Positions 8,956 through 18,882 of a stretch of 32,000 bases of DNA are shown here, in pieces. Position numbers and translations under genes: made by a program. Within the stretch, counting starts at the first letter, position 1; each line of letters opens with the position of its first letter. Source of the stretch: Nitrososphaera viennensis EN76 (GTDB lineage Archaea; Thermoproteota; Nitrososphaeria; Nitrososphaerales; Nitrososphaeraceae). Below the pieces are notes generated by a model. The model searched no databases. It saw nothing but the letters and a program-made list of their open reading frames with translations, and had not been told where the DNA came from. The DNA lies in the NCBI RefSeq assembly GCF_000698785.1, contig NZ_CP007536.1, forward strand, positions 2,460,001 through 2,492,000. Direction: 5' to 3'.

Positions 8956-11869
<2,914 letters not shown>

Positions 11870-11880
11870 TTAAGGAACCT

Positions 11881-11894
11881 CTTTAATATTATTT
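11881..11894 (+). promoter_or_regulatory. TATA-like element for chaB-like gene
   Basis: ctttaatattattt centred about 28 nt upstream of the ATG at 11916. Confidence 0.45.
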
Positions 11895-11915
11895 CTCGCA
11901 AATGTACACACAGAT

Positions 11916-12182
11916 ATGCCAAGAGGCAAACTGTCCGAGAGGACAAAAAAGCAGATAGACACTCTCCCGGAAAAAGCCCAGCGCACTTTTAAAAAGGCGC
12001 ACGACAGCGCCCTGAAGCAATACAAGAACCCGAACAAGAGGCGCAGCAAGAGCGACACTGCAGAAGGGGTGGCCCAAAAGGTCGCGTGGAGCGCGGTCAA
12101 GAAAAAGTACAAGAAAAGCGGCGACAAGTGGGTAAGCAAGGGCAGTAGCAGCCGCCGCAGCAAAAAGTCATCAAAGAAGTAA
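11916..12182 (+). CDS. chaB: ChaB-family protein
   Basis: LPEKAQRTFKKAHDSALKQYK...AQKVAWSAVKKKYKKSGDKW matches the ChaB domain pattern (LP..aq..y..afnsA...AhkvAWaAVK..Y...ddkW). Confidence 0.75.
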   Translation: MPRGKLSERTKKQIDTLPEKAQRTFKKAHDSALKQYKNPNKRRSKSDTAEGVAQKVAWSAVKKKYKKSGDKWVSKGSSSRRSKKSSKK

Positions 12183-12236
12183 TAAGCGAAACCTAAGACA
12201 AACTAAATCTATACAATGTATGGTGGGTGTTAGCAG

Positions 12237-12812
12237 CTACCCGAAACTCAAGGAATTCATGAGCATTACTGCTAATTCCATGGATTCTATTGCCTTTGCC
12301 TTGAGTTGCAAAGCTATGCCGTAGTAATTTCCTAAGAATAATCTCATTTGTTCGTCAGAATAATCTTTAGAATGCTCTATTATGTTTCTAAACTTTCTCA
12401 TATCATGCAGCCTTTTGGCAAATTGAGGAGGAATTATCTGATCTTCCGTTGCCTTGTCTATCAATTGTGCAAAATTAAAATCGTTAACAATCTTTGTATT
12501 TCCACTGGATCTGTATACAGATTTAATCATCTCTTCGCAGACCAACTGACACATTATTATTGATGCTGCAAATTGTGAAAAGATAAAGCATGTTTTAGCC
12601 TCTTGAAAATAATATACTGCAAGTGACTCTGTCATCATATAACGTTCTTCTCCTAAAATGAGGTTAAGTTGTACCATTTTTTGTATTCTATCATCAAATG
12701 TTTTCTTATCAAATTTCTCCAGCTCGCGTCTTAATCTATCAACATTAATGTATGATGGCAAACGATCGTCATACTTCTTAAGTCCAGGTCGTTTCTCCTT
12801 GCTCATCTTCAA
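12237..12812 (-). CDS. HEPN-like protein (DUF4145-type architecture, Rx4H motif)
   Basis: 191 aa, TTG start (ATG two codons later at 12806). R142-NIIE-H147 (MRKFRNIIEH, nt 12372-12389) sits in the C-terminal helix as in HEPN/DUF4145 (lR..GN..aH). The gene is markedly AT-rich versus its neighbours by eye. Confidence 0.55.
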   Translation of the reverse strand: MKMSKEKRPGLKKYDDRLPSYINVDRLRRELEKFDKKTFDDRIQKMVQLNLILGEERYMMTESLAVYYFQEAKTCFIFSQFAASIIMCQLVCEEMIKSVYRSSGNTKIVNDFNFAQLIDKATEDQIIPPQFAKRLHDMRKFRNIIEHSKDYSDEQMRLFLGNYYGIALQLKAKAIESMELAVMLMNSLSFG

Positions 12813-12876
12813 ACAATCGTTAATGAAGTCTAATTTCTTAATGTTTGTGGTTTCAGAAATTCTCGTTAATTTAAAA

Positions 12877-12951
12877 CGGGCCCGGAGGGCTTCGATCCCA
12901 CGGCCTGCGGTTCCGAAGACCGCCGCGATATCCTGACTACGCTACGGGCCC
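12877..12951 (-). tRNA. tRNA-Arg (anticodon TCG)
   Basis: GGGCCCG acceptor stem 7/7 paired, D arm with A14/G18G19/A21, anticodon stem GCGGT/ACCGC with loop CTTCGGA, discriminator G, no encoded CCA, followed by TTTT. The T arm is atypical: GTGGG/CCCTC has a U-U mismatch and loop ATCGAAG has A at position 54. Confidence 0.8.
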
Positions 12952-12999
12952 CTGACTGCCATAGCAGGACACCCTCTATAACAATTCTGATCGATCGAA

Positions 13000-13190
13000 A
13001 TGGTAATGAAGCGGGCAGCGCCAACAGTGCATTGGCATTGCTCGGACTGCGCCAGCTGTTCTGCGACCACGAGGAATCGTTTGCGTACAGAAAGTACGAC
13101 GACTTTGACTTTGTGGAATACTGCCGCTGCCGGCGCTGCGGCAAGGTGTTAAAGTCGTTCAAGGGCTTTGACGAGGACGTGAGGGGCTAA
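13000..13190 (+). pseudogene. Split zinc-ribbon ORF (apparent -1 frameshift near 13057-13061) or a short ORF with a non-ATG start
   Basis: ATG 13000 gives MVMKRAAPTVHWHCSDCASC..., then non-protein-like sequence to TAA 13150-13152. The -1 frame reads ...FCDHEESFAYRKYDDFDFVEYCRCRRCGKVLKSFKGFDEDVRG to TAA 13188-13190 and has no ATG. Joined, the two parts give a CxxC...CxCxxC ribbon. Confidence 0.3.
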
Positions 13191-13192
13191 GC

Positions 13193-13402
13193 ATGAACCG
13201 CTACCTTGCAGTGCTGCTGGTTATCTGGTGGGCCGGCGCCGCAGTCGCGACCGCCGCCCTGTTCATCCCGATATACAACAACTATGTCGTGGTAGGCGCG
13301 ATCGGGTGGGGAATCGTGGTGGTGTGCACTTTTCTGATATTCTTTGAGATGAGAAGGGTAAAGGCAGAAGACAAAAAGAAGGAAAACCTAAAGAGCGGCT
13401 AG
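13193..13402 (+). CDS. Small membrane protein (2 predicted TM helices)
   Basis: LAVLLVIWWAGAAVATAALFI and VVVGAIGWGIVVVCTFLIFF hydrophobic spans, with a Lys-rich tail. Confidence 0.6.
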   Translation: MNRYLAVLLVIWWAGAAVATAALFIPIYNNYVVVGAIGWGIVVVCTFLIFFEMRRVKAEDKKKENLKSG

Positions 13403-13651
13403 CTAGCCCTTTCCGCCCTGTTCCTCGATTACCACGAGGGTCACGGTCGACGTGATGCCAGGTATCTTGCGGATCTTGTTTGTGATCACGTGGTTCATAG
13501 ACTCGGTGTTGTCGGACTTGACCTTCACAAAGATGTCATGAACACCGTACGTGCCCCTGACCTCTTTGACGTCGGGAAGCTTGGAGATCTCGCTTATGAT
13601 CTTTTCCTCGGAGCCAAGCGTGCAGTTCACGAGTATGTATCCAGTTGGCAT
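13403..13651 (-). CDS. Stand-alone Lrp/AsnC ligand-binding (RAM) domain protein
   Basis: YILVNC...V.EVRGTYGVHDIFVKVKSD...ITNKIRKIPGITSTVTLVVIE fits the AsnC_trans_reg beta-alpha-beta-beta-alpha-beta pattern. There is no HTH domain. Confidence 0.8.
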   Translation of the reverse strand: MPTGYILVNCTLGSEEKIISEISKLPDVKEVRGTYGVHDIFVKVKSDNTESMNHVITNKIRKIPGITSTVTLVVIEEQGGKG

Positions 13652-13774
13652 ATACCTGAGAAAGAGCGGAATTTAGTATTTAGGCTTTGCTTAGTTTGGG
13701 CAGCGGCTGTCTCGCAAGAATCCTCTGACATCTGTTATTGCCAGACCAGAGACGCTCACATGGTTGCTTTCGTC

Positions 13775-14122
13775 TTACAGCTTCAGGCATCGCACTTGTA
13801 TGCCTACTGCTTTGATACCATCTGGATCCATCTGTACCCTGATGTCCGCGTACCTGGCATCCTGCATGTGGCTGTACTCTACAACAGGGGGTGGGCAGAA
13901 CTCACCGCACCTGTAGCCGAAATAAACAGTCGCGTTGGCGTCCGGATATGCCCGCAGAAATTCCTTGACCTCGCCCAGTGCGTTTGCCGAGAGGATAAAA
14001 CTGGTACCCTGGCGGGCATCCAGAACTAATGATTCTGACATTATCGCGACGAATGCAATGAATGATACGCCTGCGGCCAGGCCGGCAGCTATTGCCACTG
14101 CAAGTCTTGCCTCGGAAGGCAT
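13775..14122 (-). CDS. Membrane-anchored hypothetical protein
   Basis: 115 aa. N-terminal LAVAIAAGLAAGVSFIAFVAI helix followed by a Cys-containing soluble domain. Confidence 0.5.
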   Translation of the reverse strand: MPSEARLAVAIAAGLAAGVSFIAFVAIMSESLVLDARQGTSFILSANALGEVKEFLRAYPDANATVYFGYRCGEFCPPPVVEYSHMQDARYADIRVQMDPDGIKAVGIQVRCLKL

Positions 14123-14268
14123 ACCTGTTGCATATTTCTCGTATGCCTATTTTACTTTGTATGAGTGACTGATTAAGCTGATGTTGTTTTTGGTCCTGAC
14201 GATAGCAGTAATGATAGTCTTGGTTTCGGTCAACCTCGATAGACTCTCAAAGAGTCTGATAAACAATC

Positions 14269-14436
14269 CTATCTCTTCGTGATGCCACGCCTGTCCGGCT
14301 CGATATAGTGTTCAAGCAGTTTCTGGCTGTAGCAAGTGCCACAGATAAAGCCAGAGACGTTCCAGCCGTCCATCGGCCTGTACTTGAACGTGAGGTCGGC
14401 GCCGCATACGGCGCACTTGCCAGCGCTCTTGGCCAT
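14269..14436 (-). CDS. Small zinc-ribbon protein
   Basis: MAKSAGKCAVCGADL...FICGTCYSQ (CxxC...CxxC). The track extends to a TTG at 14496; the ATG at 14436 is preferred but the start is uncertain. Confidence 0.5.
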   Translation of the reverse strand: MAKSAGKCAVCGADLTFKYRPMDGWNVSGFICGTCYSQKLLEHYIEPDRRGITKR

Positions 14437-14520
14437 GTTGTTGTAGTGGCGTGTATAGGACGGCGGAATAAAAGTCATTCCAAAGCACGTTTGCAATAAA
14501 GTGCAAGAGATTCCAAAGGA

Positions 14521-14530
14521 AATTAATATA
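14521..14530 (+). promoter_or_regulatory. TATA-like element for the cupredoxin gene
   Basis: aattaatata centred about 28 nt upstream of the ATG at 14555. This supports the shorter start over the GTG at 14501. Confidence 0.5.
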
Positions 14531-14554
14531 GGTACTGTCCAAGTAGCGAACGAA

Positions 14555-15067
14555 ATGGCAAGACCCGGAGCAATCGCTTTTCCTGTTTTGCTTGTCCTCG
14601 GCGCAATAACCGGCTACCTGACGTACGACTGGATGGTCGTCCAGGCGACTCCAAAGCTGGGCGACTTTAGCGACTCGCCCTACTACAAGCCAATTTCTGC
14701 GGCATCGGCTGACCAGAAGAACAACACCGGCAATGTTACTGGACCGGTCGACGAGTCCAAGTTCTCTAATATAGTTAAAATCTCGATCCTTGCAGGCGCG
14801 GCCACGCAGGGTGCGCCTGACTACGACCCAGATGCATCCCCTGTCCCGAAAGACGCGCTGATAAAGTGGACCAACGACGACAATGTGCCACACAGCGCAA
14901 CAAGCGGCAAGGGCTTTGAGGACGCGGACTATGGCAAGCTGTTTGACACGGGCCTCTTGGATCCGGGCAAGGATTACAGCATTCCGGCGTCAGACGTGGG
15001 AGAAGGCCAGCACAACTACTTTTGCATAGTCCACCCGTTCATGACAGGCACTGTAACGGTACAGTGA
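14555..15067 (+). CDS. Membrane-anchored type-1 blue copper protein (amicyanin/plastocyanin-like cupredoxin)
   Basis: N-terminal TM (AIAFPVLLVLGAITGYL). Copper ligands are His in NVPHSAT and the C-x2-H-x2-M set in YFCIVHPFMTG (compare amicyanin CTPHPFM). Confidence 0.85.
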   Translation: MARPGAIAFPVLLVLGAITGYLTYDWMVVQATPKLGDFSDSPYYKPISAASADQKNNTGNVTGPVDESKFSNIVKISILAGAATQGAPDYDPDASPVPKDALIKWTNDDNVPHSATSGKGFEDADYGKLFDTGLLDPGKDYSIPASDVGEGQHNYFCIVHPFMTGTVTVQ

Positions 15068-15128
15068 CCCGTCCTACTCTTTCTTCTCTCTTCTTTATTC
15101 TGCGATATTTTATTAAAAAAAGTTCTGT

Positions 15129-15371
15129 CTAATCCGCTTGATCGTTTCCGTATACTATGCTTGTTATGGCCGCCCCGACGCCCCTGACTTTTCTTATGTT
15201 CTTGATTATGTCCCGGAGCTCCGCCTCTGTATCGGCCTTGACCTTCAGTATGATGTCGTACGCACCGCTGGTCTCGTGAGACTCGACCACGCCCCTGACC
15301 TTCTTTACGTTCCTCTCCGCCGTGCTCCCCTCATCCACGTTACAGTTCACAAAGATGAATGCGAGAGTCAT
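15129..15371 (-). CDS. Stand-alone Lrp/AsnC ligand-binding (RAM) domain protein (paralog of 13403-13651)
   Basis: FIFVNC...VKKVRGVVESHETSGAYDIILKVKAD...IIKNIRKVRGVGAAITSIVYG. The ATG at 15371 is preferred over 15386 because of the TATA spacing. Confidence 0.8.
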   Translation of the reverse strand: MTLAFIFVNCNVDEGSTAERNVKKVRGVVESHETSGAYDIILKVKADTEAELRDIIKNIRKVRGVGAAITSIVYGNDQAD

Positions 15372-15394
15372 TGTTATCTCTCTCAACTCGAGAG

Positions 15395-15406
15395 AATATT
15401 ATTAAA
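15395..15406 (-). promoter_or_regulatory. TATA-like element for the RAM-domain gene
   Basis: Minus strand reads TTTAATAATATT, centred about 29 nt upstream of the ATG at 15371. Confidence 0.45.
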
Positions 15407-15473
15407 CAGTTTCTGAATTTGCTTCGCGTCGATTGTAATGGGACATTTCATTATAAGAAATGGTGAAAATTTT

Positions 15474-15735
15474 GAAACAAGGCACGCTGACGAGCTGTTT
15501 GTATACTGAAAAGTCAGAGCTCAATGGGAACTATGAGGGGATTGCATTTCTCTGGAACGTCATGGATAGGGAAACTAGATTCTTGCTGGCATCTCGAATA
15601 GCCATGCTAACAATATGAGAAAAGTCGGACAGAGATTGGAAATTCAAATCATAATTACCAACCAGCTTGCAACAACCGTTTAGAACACCCTGCGGATTCA
15701 ACAGGGCCACGATTAGAAATATAACGCCGTTAAGT
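15474..15735 (+). pseudogene. Degraded DDE transposase relic, same family as the IS at the left window edge
   Basis: ACAaGGCACGCT (15477-15488) matches 11/12 nt of the last visible codons (ACATGGCACGCT, T-W-H-A) of the 1-627 transposase. It continues as HADELFVY*, then after a +1 shift TEKSELNGNYEGIAFLWNVMDRETRFLLASRIAMLTI*, then after another shift ...NYQPACNNRLEH / NTLRIQQ (IS1 InsB-like rIErhN..LRq). There are at least 2 frameshifts and 3 stops. Confidence 0.55.
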
Positions 15736-15744
15736 CTAAATACC

Positions 15745-15751
15745 TTATAAA
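15745..15751 (+). promoter_or_regulatory. TATA box for sufC
   Basis: TTATAAA centred about 24 nt upstream of the ATG at 15772 (leaderless-type spacing). It lies at the end of the transposase relic. Confidence 0.5.
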
Positions 15752-15771
15752 GGAGAGCTGAAACAGAAAAA

Positions 15772-16551
15772 ATGGCATTCCTCGAAATTAAAGACTTGCA
15801 CGTTAGCATTGATGGTAAACAGATTCTCGATGGCCTGAACCTCAGCATCGACAAGGGCGAGGTCCACGCCATCATGGGCCCAAACGGCTCTGGCAAGAGC
15901 ACGCTTGCAAACGCCATAATGGGCCACCCCAAGTACACTCTCGACTCGGGCGAGATAAGAGTCAAGGGCGAACTGATAAACGACCTTTCCACCGATCTTC
16001 GCGCCAGAAAGGGCCTCTTCCTTGGGTTCCAGTACCCGACCGAGATTTCGGGCGTCGGCTACAGCCACTTTCTCCGAAACGCCTACAACCAGCTGAACAA
16101 GTCGCTTGGCGAGGAGCAGAACCGCGAGGTGTTCCTCACGGTGCGCGAGTTCCACGAGTACGTCAAGAGGAACCTCGACGCAGTGGGCCTCGACCCGTCT
16201 TTCCTTGGCCGGTACCTCAACGAGGGATTTTCCGGCGGAGAGAAAAAGCGCTCGGAAGTCATGCAGATGCTGGTTCTAAAGCCAAACATCGCAATACTCG
16301 ACGAGCCGGACTCGGGGCTTGACATCGATGCGGTCAAGGCGGTTGCCGAGGCGATAAACAAGCTGATAGACACTGGCGCCGGCGTGCTTGTAATCACGCA
16401 CTATGCAAGGATCCTGCGCTACATGAAAAAGCTCGACCACGTGCACGTGGTGGCAAAGGGCAAGGTGATAAAGTCGGGCGGAAAAGAGCTGTCCGAGGAG
16501 CTTGAAGCCAAGGGCTATGGCTGGCTTGGCATCGAAGAAGACGACAAGTAA
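15772..16551 (+). CDS. sufC: Fe-S cluster assembly ATPase SufC
   Basis: LEIKDLHVSIDGKQILDGLNL, Walker A GPNGSGKST, LNEGFSGGEKKR signature and ILDEPDSGLDID Walker B. Confidence 0.93.
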   Translation: MAFLEIKDLHVSIDGKQILDGLNLSIDKGEVHAIMGPNGSGKSTLANAIMGHPKYTLDSGEIRVKGELINDLSTDLRARKGLFLGFQYPTEISGVGYSHFLRNAYNQLNKSLGEEQNREVFLTVREFHEYVKRNLDAVGLDPSFLGRYLNEGFSGGEKKRSEVMQMLVLKPNIAILDEPDSGLDIDAVKAVAEAINKLIDTGAGVLVITHYARILRYMKKLDHVHVVAKGKVIKSGGKELSEELEAKGYGWLGIEEDDK

Positions 16552-16567
16552 AAGAAGCCAAGCTTTG

Positions 16568-16577
16568 TTTTAAATAA
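16568..16577 (+). promoter_or_regulatory. TATA-like element for the Cld/HemQ-like operon
   Basis: tttaaataa centred about 31 nt upstream of the TTG at 16604. Confidence 0.4.
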
Positions 16578-16582
16578 GGCAA

Positions 16583-16611
16583 GCCGACAATTATTTTTGA
16601 AAATTGTCGGC
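16583..16611. promoter_or_regulatory. Perfect 10-bp inverted repeat spanning the predicted TSS and start codon (operator or sufC terminator hairpin)
   Basis: GCCGACAATT (16583-16592), 9-nt spacer ATTTTTGAA, then AATTGTCGGC (16602-16611). The right arm contains the TTG start at 16604-16606. Confidence 0.4.
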
Positions 16612-17338
16612 AGAAAACAACAACTCTTCTCCTGCTTCTCCTACACCACAGCCGCATCAACAGCAGCAACAACCGACAACGTACTATCTCAATTTCACAT
16701 TCTTCAAGGTCGACCCCAAGTGGCGCTGGCTCAACGAGATCGGCAAGGACGAGGCCGCAAAGGAGTTTGCGACCCTTATCGAAGTCGCAAACACAAAGAT
16801 GAAGGTGCGCACCTACTCGACGGTCGGCCTGCGCGAGGACGCAGACATGATGGTCTGGATGATCTCTGACTCTATCGAAAAGACCCAGATCCTTGCGTCG
16901 AAAATCTACACCACTGTGTTTGGCAAGTACGTGACTCCGTCGTACGTCTTTTTGTCGTCTAGCCGGCCGTCCGTGTATTCAAGCAAGGTGACGCCGGGAT
17001 TCATGACAGACGAGGAGCCGCTGAAATATGTTATAGTTTATCCTTTCATAAAGTCAAGGGAGTGGTACCTCCTGCCGTTTGAAGAGCGAAAGAAGATGAT
17101 GGAAGAGCACATCGCCGTGGGCCGCAAGTTCCCACAGGTGCGCCTCAACACGACGTACTCGTTTGGAATCGACGACCAGGACTTCATGCTTGCGTTTGAG
17201 ACGCAGGACCTTCCGGCGTTCCAGGAGCTGATAATGCAGCTGCGCGAGACGCAGGTCAGCAGGCACGTCGTCCGGGACACCCCGATGATAGTATGCGTGC
17301 ACAAAAAGCCGGAGGACATACTGAAAAGCCTTGGGTGA
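16604..17338 (+). CDS. Chlorite dismutase-family protein (HemQ/coproheme decarboxylase-like)
   Basis: YYLNFTFFKVDPKWRWL, YVIVYPFIKSREWYLLPFEERKKMMEEHIAVGRKF and NTTYSFGIDDQDFMLAFET fit the Cld/HemQ fold pattern. No signal peptide. Gln/Pro-rich N-terminal tail; the TTG start is uncertain. Confidence 0.85.
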   Translation: MSAENNNSSPASPTPQPHQQQQQPTTYYLNFTFFKVDPKWRWLNEIGKDEAAKEFATLIEVANTKMKVRTYSTVGLREDADMMVWMISDSIEKTQILASKIYTTVFGKYVTPSYVFLSSSRPSVYSSKVTPGFMTDEEPLKYVIVYPFIKSREWYLLPFEERKKMMEEHIAVGRKFPQVRLNTTYSFGIDDQDFMLAFETQDLPAFQELIMQLRETQVSRHVVRDTPMIVCVHKKPEDILKSLG

Positions 17339-17344
17339 TTTTGG

Positions 17345-17890
17345 ATGCAGGCGCTAAAAGAGTGGGCAGTGGTTTGCAAGGCGCTGCAGGAAGGCAGGCA
17401 GACCGTGCTCTTGCGCAAGGGAGGCATACTTGAATTCCGGCAGGGCTTTGAAGTAAAGCACGAAAGGTTCCTGCTGTTTCCGACGTACGAGCACCAGGCA
17501 AAAGAGCACCTGCAGCAGGATTACGCTGACAAATTAGACGCTGTGCTCAAGGAGCAGCCGCCGGCAGGCGCAAACCTGCTGACTGGCTATGCAGAGGCCA
17601 GGCTGGTCAAGGAGGTAAGCGACGCTTCTATCCTGAAAAAGCTAGAGAAATACCATATATGGAACGAAAGCTATGTTAATGCACGAATGGCGTACAACCC
17701 CAAGAAACCAATGAGCGTGGTACTGCTGCGAGTTTACAACCTTTCAAGCCCGATCAATGTAGATACAAAGCAAGAGTGGGCCGGCTGCAAGTCCTGGATT
17801 CCTGTCGACCTTGAAGCGACGGGCAGGCCCGCGCTAGACGACGCGGCGTTTGGCAGGATTTCAAGAGAAGTGGCGGAGGTACTGGCGTAA
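17345..17890 (+). CDS. DUF1802-family protein
   Basis: ALKEWAVVCKALQEGRQTVLLRKGGI...HERFLLFPTYEHQ matches the conserved DUF1802 N-terminus. It starts 6 nt after the Cld-like gene. Confidence 0.7.
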   Translation: MQALKEWAVVCKALQEGRQTVLLRKGGILEFRQGFEVKHERFLLFPTYEHQAKEHLQQDYADKLDAVLKEQPPAGANLLTGYAEARLVKEVSDASILKKLEKYHIWNESYVNARMAYNPKKPMSVVLLRVYNLSSPINVDTKQEWAGCKSWIPVDLEATGRPALDDAAFGRISREVAEVLA

Positions 17891-17892
17891 TA

Positions 17893-18882
17893 ATGAAGTA
17901 CAGAAGATTGGGCAAGAGTGGCCTCAAGATAAGCGAGATAGGCTTTGGCGCGTGGACAATCGGCCTTGACTGGTGGGGCAAGAAAATCGACGACGCAGAA
18001 GCAATACGCATGCTGAAAAAGGCATACGACCTTGGCATCAATTTCTATGAAACTGCAGACATGTACGGCAAGGGCAAGAGCGAAAGGCTGATGGGCGAGG
18101 CATTCAAGGACATGCGCAACGAAGTCATCTATTCTACAAAATGGGGCTATGACCTGTACGGCGCAGAGCAGGTCGGCCACCAGGAGCTTCCACAGAAGCA
18201 CGACCCGGAATTCCTGCAGGTCGCGCTCAAAAAGAGTCTGGAGCGCCTGCAGACTGATTATGTCGACGTTTACAGCCTGCACAACCCCAAGATGGACGCA
18301 ATCCAGAACGACGAGCTGTTTGCGTCCCTGGATGACCTTGTGAAAAAGGGCACTATAAAGAGCCACGGGGTGGCGCTTGGCCCGGCAATCGGCTGGCGCG
18401 ACGAGGGGCTGTTCTCGATAACAAACCGCAACGTCACGTGCGTGCAGACAGTCTACAACGTTCTGGAGCAGGATCCCGGCCGCGACCTGATGAAGGCAGC
18501 GGCGCAGAACGACGTCGGGATAATGGTGCGGGTGCCTGACGCTTCGGGACTGCTGACGGGCAAGGTGACTGCCGACACGAAATTTGACAAGAACGACCAC
18601 CGCAGCTTCCGCAAGCAAGAGTTCATCAAGGCGGCCATGCAAAAGATAGACAACATGAAGCCGCTTGCAAGCAGCAAGGGCTGGAGCATCACGGAACTTG
18701 CAATAAAGTTCATCCTGTCGCAGCCGCAGGTCTCTGTCGTCCTGCCGACGATGGTGAGCATCGAGGAGATAGAGATGTTTGCAGCAATTTCAGACGGCAA
18801 GTACCTGTCGGCGTCTGAAGCCGCGCAGCTGGAAGAGATGTACGAAAAGAACTTTTACGTCAAGCCTGTGGCAAGTACCTAG
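17893..18882 (+). CDS. Aldo/keto reductase
   Basis: MKYRRLGKSGLKISEIGFGAW, NFYETADMYGKGKSERLMG, YVDVYSLHNP and GVALGP are typical AKR segments. It starts 2 nt after the DUF1802 gene. Confidence 0.9.
   Translation: MKYRRLGKSGLKISEIGFGAWTIGLDWWGKKIDDAEAIRMLKKAYDLGINFYETADMYGKGKSERLMGEAFKDMRNEVIYSTKWGYDLYGAEQVGHQELPQKHDPEFLQVALKKSLERLQTDYVDVYSLHNPKMDAIQNDELFASLDDLVKKGTIKSHGVALGPAIGWRDEGLFSITNRNVTCVQTVYNVLEQDPGRDLMKAAAQNDVGIMVRVPDASGLLTGKVTADTKFDKNDHRSFRKQEFIKAAMQKIDNMKPLASSKGWSITELAIKFILSQPQVSVVLPTMVSIEEIEMFAAISDGKYLSASEAAQLEEMYEKNFYVKPVAST

Noticed and set aside
12183-12240. Searched for a direct repeat of the tRNA-Arg 3' half (att site) at the far side of the HEPN islet, and likewise for tRNA-Ser downstream to about 29200.
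   Set aside because: Only 6-7 nt chance matches were found (GGTGGG at about 12225; ACTCCCC in inverted orientation at about 28165). No convincing att repeat exists, so island boundaries remain undefined.
14178-14259. Possible box C/D sRNA (CUGAUGU ... CUGA ... AUGAUAG ... CUGA).
   Set aside because: The boxes are degenerate, and the C'-to-D spacing (about 38 nt) is far from the roughly 12 nt guide length. The terminal AGACTCT-caa-AGAGTCT hairpin (14241-14257) is more simply a 3' structure after the zinc-ribbon gene.
17734-18642. 302-aa minus-strand ORF opposite the aldo-keto reductase; similarly 22521-23726 (401 aa, plus strand) opposite leuC.
   Set aside because: The opposite-strand genes have unambiguous family signatures. 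These ORFs are Arg/Leu/His/Val-rich shadows.
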